The position numbers and the translations under genes were made by a program. The notes beneath the pieces are model-generated. The model had not been told where the DNA came from. It did no database searches and saw only the letters and a program-made list of their open reading frames with translations. Positions 48,070-59,619 of a DNA stretch of 64,000 bases are shown in pieces (the first letter of the stretch is position 1; the number at the start of each line of letters is the position of its first letter). The stretch is taken from assembly GCA_002269645.1 (NCBI GenBank), contig NIVC01001580.1, positions 114,003 through 178,002 of the forward strand, given 5' to 3'. This DNA comes from Macrostomum lignano (Eukaryota).

Positions 48070-51000
48070 TATTGGATTTCCAACGAATGCAAATGTAAAT
48101 GCTTATTTTATATCTATGGCTCAGTCATGCTTAAATATACAGATAAGTGAGTCGCAGCCCCAGAGGCTGATCATTTTCTTTTCTAGCACGAATCGACGAA
48201 CAGCCAGAGCGGCGTCATTGAGAAGCACGTCTCCGACCCGAGCACCGTCAATGCAGTCGGACAGTCAAAATGACCAAGAGGATTCCCTAAATCGAAGAAA
48301 ACTGGAATTGACAGCAAGCAGTTTCCCAGAAGAAAGTCCAGTGCTCGCGATGTCTGTAGCCGCTGTGGAAGAAGCTCACATACAGCAGAAAACTGCTATG
48401 CGCGCAACGATACTTGCAAGAAATGCAACAAGGTGGGACATCATGCTAAGATGTGCAGAACCAAACTACCAACCAAAAGTAAACTTCAAGTTTACGAAAC
48501 GAAAAAATCAGGCGTGACTGAATCGTCAGACTCAGAGGAGATTCATACGATAGCAAGCGTTAGCGCGAAGAAGAACGGTGCAACAAAGCAAGCTGTCATC
48601 AACGGCAGAAAATGCGATGTACTAATTGACTCGGGCTCCAATCTAAATCTAATATCCTACAACACAGTTGCTAAAATGGTGAGTCCGGATCAGATTAACT
48701 CGAGATCATGTATCAAGATTTGGTCGTACGGGGCCAGGATCCCCATCGAAACCCAAGGCACAGTAAATCTGGAAGTTACTCTCAACGGAAGTACACAGCA
48801 AATGAAGTTTCACGTAACCCCAGTAAAGGATGCACGCACTATCATTGGATTTGAGGATGCCTTCAAGCACGGTTTCCTGACATGGGGCTCGGATAAAAGC
48901 TGCCTTCATATCGAGAACATTCAGCAGCCAACGCAAGTGATTCTGGAAGAGTTCAAGGATGTCTTCCGTGGAATAGGAAAACTCAAAGACAGCAAAGTTA
49001 AGATTCGCCTGAAGGAGAACGCCAATCCTATTGTTCATCCACCATCGCGTATACCAGCACACCTCCATCAGAAATTGCGCGAAGAACTAGAAGGGCAGTT
49101 AAAAGATGATATAATCGAGCCAGTCAAGGGAACTACTGAATGGGTGTCAAGATTAGTGGCTGTTCCGAAGGCCAACGGTAAATTGAGAGCCACGGTTGAT
49201 CTCAGAAACATAAACAAGGCTACTAGAAAGGAGCACTACCCACTGCCCAGCATCGACGAACAACTGATTAACGTTGGCGATGCTAAGTACTTCTCCTACT
49301 TGGATGGTAACAAAATGTTTCATCAGCTAGAACTGCACGAAGACTCCAGGATGCTCACGACATTCTCAACAGGCTTGAAAGACTGGCCACTTATGAGATA
49401 CAAGAGACTACCAATGGGCTGGGTGAACTCATCGTTTACACTCCAATCGGAAATTCATTGAGTTCTTGCTGGCATTTCAGGAGTTCTGAATATCCAGGAT
49501 GACATCGGGATCTACGGTTGTACTTTGGAAGAGCACAATGACCGCTTGAGAAAAGTCCTGCAACGACTGAAAGAGAATAACATAACCATCGGGAAGGAAA
49601 AGTGCAAGTTTTCAGTGGATAAAATAACCTTCATGGGAATGCTACTGACTCGCAAGGGATTGCAAATTGGTGACGCAAAGGTGCAAGCCATTCGGACTTT
49701 CAGAGAACCTACAAATCCCAGCGAGGTAAGGTCATTCATGGGCCTAGTGCAATTCGTCTCACGCTTCATCCCTAACTTGGCGACCATCGCAGAACCGATT
49801 CAGAAGTTAACGCGAAAGCAGGTCAACTGGAACTGGAGCACAACACAGAAAGAAGCCTTTGCAGAAATCATCAAACGAACTTCTACCTCAGAAACACTGG
49901 CCTACTTCGACACTTCAAGAACAATCGAACTGCGAGTCGACGCTTCACCGGTGGGTCTCGGAGCTGTCCTAACCCAAACAGACAGTCGAGGCACCATCAA
50001 TCCGGTATGCTACGCAAGCAGGACGCTAAGTGACGTCGAAAGAAGGTACAGCCAGACCGAGCGCGAGGCATTAGCAATAAAATGGGCGTGTGAAAAGTTT
50101 CAGATCTATCTACTGGGCGCTCCAAAATTCACGGTTATTACTGATCACAAGCCACTGCTTGGTTGTTTTCGCCCAGGTTCCAAACCGCCTCCGAGAATCG
50201 AGAGATGGGCGATGCGCCTCCAGCACTTCAATTTCAAATTAAATTACGAACCAGGAGAGGCGAACGAGGCAGACTATTTATCCAGACAACCGATGAACGT
50301 GGAGAACCCCAAAGCATCAAGTGCCAAGGCAGACGAACATCTCATCCAGCAAATTTCTACGGAAGTTCAATATTGGGGAATCTCTAAAAGTGACATTGAG
50401 ACGGATTCGAAAGACGACCCGTGGATTCAATCAGCTTTGAGATCGCTACAAACGGGACAATGGAGTAAATCCAACACGTATTACAACGTCAGAAGCCAAC
50501 TTTCCAGCACAAATGGAGTCCTGTTGTACCAAGACCGCTATGTAGTTCCGAGAAAGTCTGTTATGGCAGTGTTAGAGACAATGCACGAAGGGAATTTGGG
50601 AATCACCAAAATCACTGAGCGGCTGAAAAGATGCGTTTGGTGGCCTCTGATGGCAGAAGATGTACAGAACTTTGTATCATCATGTGAAAGTTGCTCAAGA
50701 GCACTTCCGGAAACGAGAAAACCATCAATCATTCCGACGGAGCTACCAGAAGGAGCCTGGAAGCTAATAGGTACCGATCTAAAAGGACCTCTTCCGTCTG
50801 GAAAGACACTATTAGTCATCGTAGACTACTATTCTCGCTACCCGTTAGTTTACGTGTTGCCGAAGGCTGACGCGACGGAGGTGAGCAATAAAATGAAGGA
50901 AGTATTTCACTCGTACGGTGCACCAGAAGAATTAATCACAGACAATGGTCCACAGTTCATATCCGAAGAATTCAAGAATCTAATGCGAGAATTTAACGTA

Positions 51001-51872
51001 AAGCACCGAAAGAGCACCCCATACTGGCCTCGTGGCAACGCAGAAGTGGAACGCTTCAACAAAACTCTAAACAAGACCCTGCAAATCTGCAGTCGGGAAA
51101 GGAATAACCTGAAACAAGAACTTGGACGGTTATTGTACAGCTACAGATCTTCACCGATCCGCGCGACTGGAGAATCCCCAGGGATGCTATTCTTTAAGAG
51201 AGAATTCGACAGGAAGTTACCAATTCCGAAAAGGAGAACCATGACTCCAAACAGCGACATCAAAGCTCGTGATGACGAGTACAAACGGAAAATGGCAGAA
51301 GACGGACTAGCCAAGTACCAGAAGATGTTCTGCCCTGGCAATCAGGTCATCTGGAGACGAGAATTTCGCAACAGCAAGTACGAACAGCCTTATGAAGTGC
51401 AACCGGGAACGGTCGTCGGGACTAATGGCACGACTGTGAGGATTCAAACCGAAGACGGCAGAATAGTGCGAAGGAACTTCTCGCGACTAAAGAGAGTTAA
51501 TTGGAAAGACTCCCCAGAAGAAAAATGCGAGACGGAGGTTCCCTCAAGGCTCAAAGCAGCAAACCAGCCAGTACAGGAGGAGCCTACAGTGAGAGATCGA
51601 CAACGAGGAATCGGTCTCCGACAGAATCCAAAGCCGCCGGAGAGATTCGTGCCTGGATAATTTGGGCAACGATTCCTGAACATTTTTTGGTTTGTCTGAC
51701 TGTATTTGTTCAAAGGGGGGAGAGATATTGTGTTTCCAACGAATGCAAATGTAAATGCTTATTTTATACCTATGGCTCAGTCATGCTTCAATATACAGAT
51801 AAGTGAGTCGCAGCCCCAGAGGCTGATAATTTTCTTTTCTAGCACAAGAGCTAGTACACCAATAATACAACA
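48070..51872 (+). mobile_element. Ty3/Gypsy LTR retrotransposon (Mag-like), internally deleted; 5' LTR fragment 48070-48189, 3' LTR 51726-51872, TSD GTGTC
   Basis: GTGTC flanks both ends (48065-48069 and 51873-51877). The two LTR copies differ at 5 of 120 shared positions. PPT AAAGGGGGGAGAGA at 51712-51725 abuts the 3' LTR. Domain order is PR-RT-RH-INT. Confidence 0.93.
48190..51660 (+). pseudogene. Gypsy gag(C-term)-pol in a single frame, with in-frame TGA at 48271 and 49459
   Basis: Two CCHC knuckles (CSRCGRSSHTAENC, CKKCNKVGHHAKMC). Protease LIDSGS; RT with NIQDDI; RNase H VDASPVGLGAVL and TDHKPL; integrase H/C zinc region, GTDLKGP, ITDNGPQF and GNAEVERFN. Confidence 0.92.
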
Positions 51873-52339
51873 GTGTCGGAGCTGGCTGAGTATCTTCGCT
51901 TTAATGCATGGGTTGGCGAAATGTTCGACCTTGGCTTTGATCGGCCGAAGGTGTTGCGGTTGGATTACGAGTGTCGCACACAGAAGCAACAGAATCAGAG
52001 TTGGAATCAAAAGGATCTGACCTAGGGCTTGAGGCAGCGTACCTGATTCTGTTGCGCTGTGTGGATGGCGCCAGCTAAATCGGATCAGGCGAATGCTCGT
52101 GCAACTCGAAAAGTAGGCCAGGGAATCTGCTTTGACTTCAACGGACTGGTAGCTGCTCCAGAGCTCAGTGCCGATTTGCTCACCGATGCCGCCGTACGGC
52201 CAGAGCCACTCCGAAGCCTCCTTCCACCGCGAAGGGGATCCGGAGTTTCCACGCCAATGACTCGAGGACTTAGGGGCACGGGAACATCAGGAGTCGCCCC
52301 TGTGTCCCATTAGTAAATCAGCTAAATTACGAGTATAGT

Positions 52340-53083
52340 AATTTCAGATCGTCAAGAGGGTCGCTATACAAAGTGTAACATCTCAGAATTAAGGTCAAAT
52401 CAAACCATTAAACGAATTCAAAGGCTAAAATACACTGCTGACTTTTTCGAACTGTCGGACGAAGGAGAATCGGGCGAATTTGTACCAGCCCTGAAAAGAG
52501 CCTATGCTATGCGCCTCTTGTTCAGGCCTATGCCAAAAAATCCAAATTGTTGTTTTTGACTGTCTTTGCTCCAAGTGGATGGTAAAGTATTTATCTGTTC
52601 AAGAATATCCACAACATCGATTCTGGATCAAAAACCCTTTCTTCGACAGCTTTAGATAGATTTATCAACGACAGCTACCCAGAAGGAGCCAGCTTCAATG
52701 CAACAAAGCTGAAACTTTCGGAAAGCAAGCGGATGCGTCTTCCATCTCATATGCACGCCTTCGTGCAGGATCTGCAAATCCTAGAGCTGGCTACTAAAGC
52801 ATTCATTGAGCTGAGCAACACCAGCCAAGCCGCAGGTGGACTCTGCCGAACTGGATCTGCTGACCAATTCTAGCTCAATCGGCTGTTTTTTACACTGGCA
52901 GCGCAGCTCGCTTATAGACAGATGATAAAAATTAGGGGCTGCAAATATTTTGAACCGCACGAAATCACCCAGTTTAGAGTTGACAGCGTCATGTCTCACA
53001 ACAAGGAGTTCGCCAAGTCCTTCAACTGCAGGGCATCGAGCCGCATGAACAGGGGGAACAAGTGCGCCTATTGGAAGATTTGA
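52340..53083 (+). pseudogene. 3' fragment of a second M13/neprilysin-like paralog
   Basis: Clear nucleotide similarity to 3170-4059 (e.g. ACTTTTTCGAACT.TCGGA; AACAAGGAGTTCGCCA). Ends ...HNKEFAKSFNCRASSRMNRGNKCAYWKI* (TGA 53081-53083). Confidence 0.8.
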
Positions 53084-54242
53084 GTTGAGGTGTTCCCGCT
53101 TGAAGCAAAAAACTGACCAAAATTTGAATATCTTTAGCAAACCTTTCAACTCAGAAAAGAGTTCCAAAGCAAAAAATCATGTTGTCGCATTGAAGCGAAT
53201 AAAAGAGATTTCAATAATCAACGGATTAAATTTAACAGCAAAACAAAACTGTACTTCCTTGTTTTGAATACTTTAAGTAGTACGGGTTAGCAGAACCCTG
53301 CCATGGAGATAGAAGAACGGGCGTGCGGGTCGATGGGGGTAGGGGTGCCCGTACCCTCCCCGTACTGAATTAAATTTTTAGTTCCGACAAACACGTTTAC
53401 AAAAAAGCAATATTTTACAAAGGGCATATTATACGTACTGAGACTGTTCAATTCTATGTAGAATAACTACAAACTAAGATCGCCTATCGTAATGGGGGCG
53501 GTTGAGCTGGGGTGGGGGGCATGAGGTTTTCGCTGTGTGGCACTGTGGGGTTCGAAATGGGGGATATTTTCAATTTTTGTGTAAACAATTATAAAATAAT
53601 AAATATTTTCCCCAATTAACGCCGCTCTAATGCTTTTTTAAAAGCATATATAGTATGACCCCGCCCCTCCTAGTGTGTCTTTCAAGCCCCCAAAAGAGTA
53701 TATAAAGCCCATTTAATTTTTTATTCAATTGAAATTTAACCGCTAAAATTAAAACAAAAAGCAGCAGTTCCGCACAACTCAACGTTTGCCTGACCTGCAA
53801 CAAAGTTGTTTTGGGTCAGCTAAGGACCCGAAATGATAGCTGCAGAAAAACCGCTTCAACGTGCGGATGAAACGAATTAAAGGTCGGGAGGTGATTTCGG
53901 AATAAGATAAATGGATTAGCAGCTGTCTAGAAGAACTCGATTCAATTCGAAGAGTTCGTCGATTGGTGGGTTCGCCAAGTAGGAGCCTGTGAGCGAATAA
54001 TTGATTGCCTAAACGCCAATGATAGGGATCGGACCCTTGATGCTGCTAATGTCTTGGGTGTCTGTGTTTCTCAAGGGGATTAGAATTCGGTTTTACATTG
54101 GCCGAACGCACTGCTCAATCTGTCTCCAGCTGGCCACAGTAAAAAAAAGGTTGCAGGCAGTTTTGTGTCCACTGAAGTTTTTTACTCAACTAGAATTTCA
54201 GAATTTGACTAAACAGGTGACACCTTTAGTCAGGAGTCTTAA

Positions 54243-54417
54243 GGCCCATTCACACTGCCATTAAACGCAATGCCGGACTACTAAAGTTGTGCTTTAGTTG
54301 TTCTCGATCAAACGAGTGACCAAATCACACGAACAATGTACAAAGGAATCAAATTTGACGTACAAACTGTGTGGTCACACGAAATGCTGTCTTATTTGAT
54401 GGCTGTGTGGACGAGCC
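54243..54417. mobile_element. 175-bp MITE flanked by TTAA (Harbinger- or Kolobok-like termini GGCCCATTCACAC / GTGTGGACGAGCC)
   Basis: Imperfect TIRs (10/13 match) with TTAA on both sides (54239-54242 and 54418-54421). Confidence 0.65.
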
Positions 54418-55430
54418 TTAAAGCATTGTATTGCATATACCAGTCGTATTTGTAATTCATACAAGACAAGTATTAAAAATGAGACGCAAGCTCAAATATA
54501 ATAAGGGCAAAAAGCAGCTGCAATAATGTACGAGTACTATAGAGTAGAGGTAAAGACGCAAGGGGCCAACGCAAGTAAATGGTCGCACAGTGGTGAGTAG
54601 ACATACTAGCGATGACTCTACTCATCTCCCTCTCCTCACTATACCCACTCCCTCTCCTCACTATACCCTCTCCCTCACCTCACTCCCTAGCCCTTGACGG
54701 ACAGAAGCGCTTTGGAAAGAATAATTAAACAAACTTATGTTGCCTCTGCCTTTTTATTTAATCTCTTCTGCAGCGACTTCGGTGACAAAAATAGACCCAC
54801 AGGGTACATAGAGCCGAGTTTAGTTACAATAGCGCCAGGTCGGGATGCGTCACGAACGATCTGGTCATTGACGATTCGATAGTACTCATCAGAACCAATT
54901 AAATGGATATGGACGCGCGCTGATCGAAGGGATCTGCCGGATCCTGGTCTTGATCGCTGCGGTTGCTGCGTCATTACGAATAGCATTAAGGCAAATTCTT
55001 GTACGAGTAAACGCGTTTAAAAATAACATTTTCTGCTGTTTAGAGGGAAAACAGAAAACAATTAAGGATACGTCATTGCTCCGATTGCACATACATGCAG
55101 TCAGCTTTATTTTTTTCTGGAGATTTACAGAATAAAAGTAGAAAGAGAATGTCTTACGCACAGAAGTTCATTCGCAAATACTATCAAGGAAAATATACAT
55201 TGAAACGCTGTTGGGATGAAGAATAAATTTTTTTGGAATTCGGGACGAGAAAGGCTGAAGCAAAAACAGTTTTGCCTACAATTTCGGTCAGTCAATTTCA
55301 AACGCAGACTTCTCTAACCGGTTAGTACTTTAGGCTTAGGTATACATGCTTGCTAGTTGAAATTTGTACGTATTGATCTGACTCTAAATTGCGTTTCCTA
55401 CAGTGCTCTGCTCAATTGCTCAATTCGCAC

Positions 55431-56273
55431 TCAGCCACGGACAAAGAATTCGCCGCTGCTTTCGCTGCTGAGGGCGGCCGGGACCGCAGCGAACTCAAGC
55501 AGGTGGCACAGGCGCTGCTGCTGGCTGAAGATCACCGCCTGGCAACCGGAACCTTTACTGGAGCACAGATACGTGCAATGGATCAAACTCGAAGCGCTGA
55601 CAGTCGTAAAGTTCGGCGCATTAGCGTTGTTGAGCTCGACGAAGGTCCGGTTGCCGTGGACGAAAAAGTTGTTACCTTTAGTTTAGAATGAAATCATTTA
55701 AAGTTAAACAAATCGCGCCAATCAAAGGCATTTGAAATTTGAGTTACTGCTTTAAACTTAGTTTTGTCGCCAACATACAATGTCGCAACATAAGAGAACA
55801 GGTGTCGAACATATAGCCACCAGCAGCAGCAACTCACCGTTGGTGTAGGTCAGCCGGAGCACCCGGTTTCGGTAGTGGCCTCCGCAGTTCTGCGTGTGGT
55901 TTCCACTGCAAGCATGAGTGCAGTTCGATTCAGGAGCAGTGCCCAGCGACCCGTACGAGTTGCCGCAGAAGCACCAGTACATCGATTGCAGAGCCGCGAA
56001 TTGGAAGCCTCCCAGACCACAGACGCTGCCGCACAGCTCGTGGGTCATTATCGAGTAGCTGCCGACAAAAGCGTTACCGCCTTCGAATATCGGAGATACT
56101 TCGGAGCTGCCGATTCGTGTGAGGTTGAGGTGCTTCATGTCACCGACGTCTCTCGTTCCATTCGTGTAGTCAACAAAACAGCCGACGTCCGATGTCTGGA
56201 ACTGACGGCAGAGAGCGGCGCAGATCAGGCAGCTCAGGATCGGAGCAGCGCAGAGGATCCTGCTGAGAAGCAT
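55431..56273 (-). CDS. Small secreted WSC + PAN/Apple-like domain protein (226 aa); exons 56273-55838, 55675-55431
   Basis: ATG plus signal peptide. WSC motif GCFVD...MTHELCGSVC...FAALQSMYWCFCGNSY...CTHACSGNHTQNCGG. A phase-1 GT-AG intron leads to exon 2 with CTYLCSSKGSGCQAVIF.QQQRLCHLL (PAN-like Cys spacing). Total 681 nt. Confidence 0.85.
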
Positions 56274-56766
56274 GGCCCGGCTGGACTGTGTTTTGTCACT
56301 GTTGCATTAGACAGAAGTTTTATATAGATTCAGGCCGAAGATATTAGGCCCACCGTCTGTTTGCATCGGCAAATGAATTTTACTGTTAGCGAAGCACTCA
56401 GTTCGTGAGTCAGAGCAGCTGAAATGAAGCTGTCTGTTTAGGCCCATTATTTACTTATCTACCTGTCTTCTCGTCTGCAACGATGTTTTCATCGTAATTA
56501 CCATTTTAAACAAGAGCTTTGAAAGAGCTGACAGTAAGCAGCTCTAACTACAGGTAAGTGTCTCCAGAGCAATTACTGGGTGCAGGTAATGGATTTTTAT
56601 CCTATGCAAATCCAGCTGTGACGGTCCCTACTTACCTGTAAGCGGATGAGTCCCAACTCGATCTGGATCACACTGGCAGCGAAGCGAAGCAGCTCTATTA
56701 GAGTAACAGAGCAGATCAATCTTTCTCCGGTAACCATGACCTCTCAATTGGCTGGTCAGCGGGTAC

Positions 56767-57142
56767 GAGCGTACCGCTAACTCCCAAGGACGAGCGTACC
56801 GCTAACTCCCAAGGACGAGCGTACTGCTAACTCCCAAGGACGAGCGTACTGCTAACTCCCAAGGACGAGCGTACCGCTAACTCCAAGGCGAGCGTACCGC
56901 TAACTCCCAAGGCCGAGCGTACTGCTAACCCCAAGGCCGAGCGTACCGCTAACTCCCAAGGCCGAGCGTACTGCTAACCCCCAAGGACGAGCGTACTGCT
57001 AACTCCCAAGGCCGAGCGTACTGCTAACCCCAAGGCGCGAGCGTACTGCTAACTCCCAAGGCCGAGCGTACCGCTAACTCCCAAGGCCGAGCGTACCGCT
57101 AACTCCCAAGGCCGAGCGTACCGCTAATCCCAAGGCCGAGCC
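56767..57142. repeat. ~25-bp minisatellite (GAGCGTACCGCTAACTCCCAAGGAC), ~15 units
   Basis: Seen directly. Confidence 0.95.
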
Positions 57143-57829
57143 TATCACTAATTCCCAAGGAAATCCTTATTGAGGAATGACCATTCTGCCTCTCCAGTTT
57201 TAAGAATGCGGAGCAGATCCTCCTTGACTTTACTCGGACAGGTGTTTGAAGCCAATTCTGTCTGCAGAGCGCTTGAATTGGCCTCAAAGATATTCGGATA
57301 AGTTGTCGCAAAACCGTCTGCTTGTACATGACACATGACGTTGCCTCTTCGTAGCAGCTCAACAAGTTTTGATGCACCGAATTCTCAAGCTCAGATCTCG
57401 GTGTGTTTGCCGAGCTGTACGAGTATCAGATCGGTTTCATTCAAGTGAGCTCTTGTTTTATAAAGCAGCAGCTTCTCGAGCAACATCAAAATTGGTGAAT
57501 CAAGCTGATAACTGATCAATGCACTTGTGAAGAGTTCACGCTTGCGACTGTAATTAATTTGTCAAGAATCCATCGTGACTTCGTCCTGTAGAGACATCAT
57601 CCCATGTGACGTGGCTTTTGGAAAAAACGCTTCTCACTTGCCATTTGTAACTTGCCGATATCTCAAGTTGAGCTTCATTTTTTATGAAACTCATTACTTT
57701 GCAGAATTTCCCCACATCACTTGTAATTTGTCTGAAATGTACTTCATAAATTGGCTTGTACTGGATTGGACGTTTTTACTTCCAGTACTAGAGGTTTGTA
57801 CCGGACTAGAAGTTTGAGAGGGATAGGGT

Positions 57830-58822
57830 TAGAGGAAGAGGAGGGAGAGGATTTCTGGTAGAGTGAGGAAAGTTAGAGGTTAGAGTGAGGAGAGGGAGAT
57901 GGGTAGAGGGAGGAGAGGGAGAGGGTCAGTGAGAAGAAGAAGAAGAAGGTTAGTGAGGAGAGGGAGAGAGTTAGAGTGAGGAGAGGGAGGGAGTTAGAGT
58001 GAGGAGAGGGATAGAGTTAGAGTGAGGAGAGGGAGAGAGTTAGAGTGAGGAGAGGGAGGGAGTTAGAGTGAGGAGAGGGATAGAGTTAGAGTGAGGAGAG
58101 GGAGAGAGTTAGAGTGAGGAGAGGGAGGGAGTTAGAGTGAGGAGAGGGAGAGAGTTAGAGTGAGGAGAGGGAGAGAGTTAGAGTGAGGAGAGGGAGAGAG
58201 TTAGAGTGAGGAGAGGGAGAGAGTTAGAGTGAGGAGAGGGAGAGAGTTAGAGTGAGGAGAGGGAGAGAGTTAGAGTGAGGAGAGGGAGAGAGTTAGAGTG
58301 AGGAGAGGGAGGGAGTTAGAGTGAGAAGAGGGAGAGAGTTAGAGTGAGGAGAGGGAGGGAGTTAGAGTGAGGAGAGGGAGAGAGTTAGAGTGAGGAGAGG
58401 GAGAGAGTTAGAGTGAGGAGAGGGAGAGAGTTAGAGTGAGGAGAGGGAGAGAGTTAGAGTGAGGAGAGGGAGAGAGTTAGAGTGAGGAGAGGGAGAGAGT
58501 TAGAGTGAGGAGAGGGAGAGAGTTAGAGTGAGGAGAGGGAGAGAGTTAAAGTGAGGAGAGGGAGATAGTTAGAGTGAGGAGAGGGAGAGAGTTAGAGTGA
58601 GGAGAGGGAGAGAGTTAGAGTGAGGAGAGGGAGAGAGTTAGAGTGAGGAGAGGGAGAGAGTTAGAGTGAGGAGAGGGAGAGAGTTAGAGTGAGGAGAGGG
58701 AGAGAGTTAAAGTGAGGAGAGGGAGATAGTTAGAGTGAGGAGAGGGAGAGAGTTAGAGTGAGGAGAGGGAGAGAGTTAGAGTGAGGAGAGGGAGAGAGTT
58801 AGACTGAGGAGAGGGAGAGAGA
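57830..58822. repeat. 23-bp purine-rich satellite (TTAGAGTGAGGAGAGGGAGAGAG), ~40 units
   Basis: Seen directly; the plus strand has almost no C. Confidence 0.97.
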
Positions 58823-59619
58823 GTAAAAAACTATCGCACATACGCTCGTATTAGAGAATTTCTGAAAAGTTCCGACATCTGATATAAGTAGTTTTAGGGA
58901 AACCATGCTACTATTAGTAGGTTGTTCGATTTTCGTGAAAAAACCCGAAGCAAAATATTTAACTGCGTGCGCGTAACTGGAAGGCCAGCAGATCTTTTGT
59001 CACTAATAAACATATGTTTTGTTCTAATCTATTGTCCTTTTATTTCAACGGAAAAAATTATTTAGATCAAAACTATAGATAACAAGAGCTGTTTTCAATT
59101 TAAATCTTTTAGGCGTACTTTGGCGCGAAAAATAGAGAATCACAAGTTTTCAAAACAATAACTTTATTTATTAATTATGTTGGCTGGGTTGGTAGGATAG
59201 TTTTTTGCGTGTGAATTTTGTTTCAATGTTTTTCTTCTCTTTTGTTTTCTGTTATTAATTATGATAGTCCAGTATTAACAAAATTTTTCCAGCCAACACA
59301 AACTTATTTATCGAAGCTAGTTACGGTGACACAAAGTCGAGGAAGTCAGAATACCTTACACTACGCACCCGAAATCCACGTGTCCAGTTATGGCGTACAA
59401 TTCTAACAATGTTGGATTTGTGAGTTGGAAGTTTTTTAATTTTGTTTTGAAACCTTTCAACCAGGGAAGAGAAGAAAAATAAGAAAAGATATATTTATTG
59501 TAGAATCGGGCATCAAGGAAAATCACAGCGGAAGATTCTGTGTCCCCTTTATCATACAGTAAGTAGTCAGAGTTATTTAAGCTGTTCACGATTGGCAGCA
59601 GACATGATAATCACAGTCC

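Larger units (their letters stand above)
47273..52310 (+). mobile_element. Truncated DIRS/Ngaro-like (tyrosine-recombinase retroelement) gag ORF, split by the Gypsy insertion into 47432-48069 and 51873-~52250
   Basis: N-terminal SAP-like motif TVKGLKAALIQADLSTNGRNAVLRERL. Removing 48070-51877 restores the in-frame read MSFGDWIIGNEKVLIHMLHDGKL...GTVDVS|ELAEYLRFNAWVGEMF...KVLRLDYECRTQK...W. A frameshifted CFDFN.GSCSRAQCRFAHRC (CCCH-type) follows. These motifs resemble DIRS-group ORF1. No RT or YR is present. Confidence 0.6.

Noticed and set aside
53830-54230. Coding-like fragments (EEFVDWWVRQVGACERIIDC...) and similar short ORFs at 37628-38149 and 59356-59589
   Set aside because: No recognisable domain, start or splice structure.
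54864-54896. Second hammerhead-like motif on - (CTGATGAG...CGAATCGTC)
   Set aside because: The GAAA core is broken (GAAT) and the stems are too short to distinguish from chance.
56629-56800. Possible U1 snRNA gene (TACTTACCTG start)
   Set aside because: Only the first 10 nt match. There is no stem-loop II ATTGCAC, no recognisable Sm site and no U1 cloverleaf.
57150-57780. Decayed coding-like stretch on - (...SRKRELFTSALISYQLDSPILMLLEKLL...), faintly TIR-like
   Set aside because: It has multiple stops and no diagnostic motif. A translated profile search would be needed before any call.
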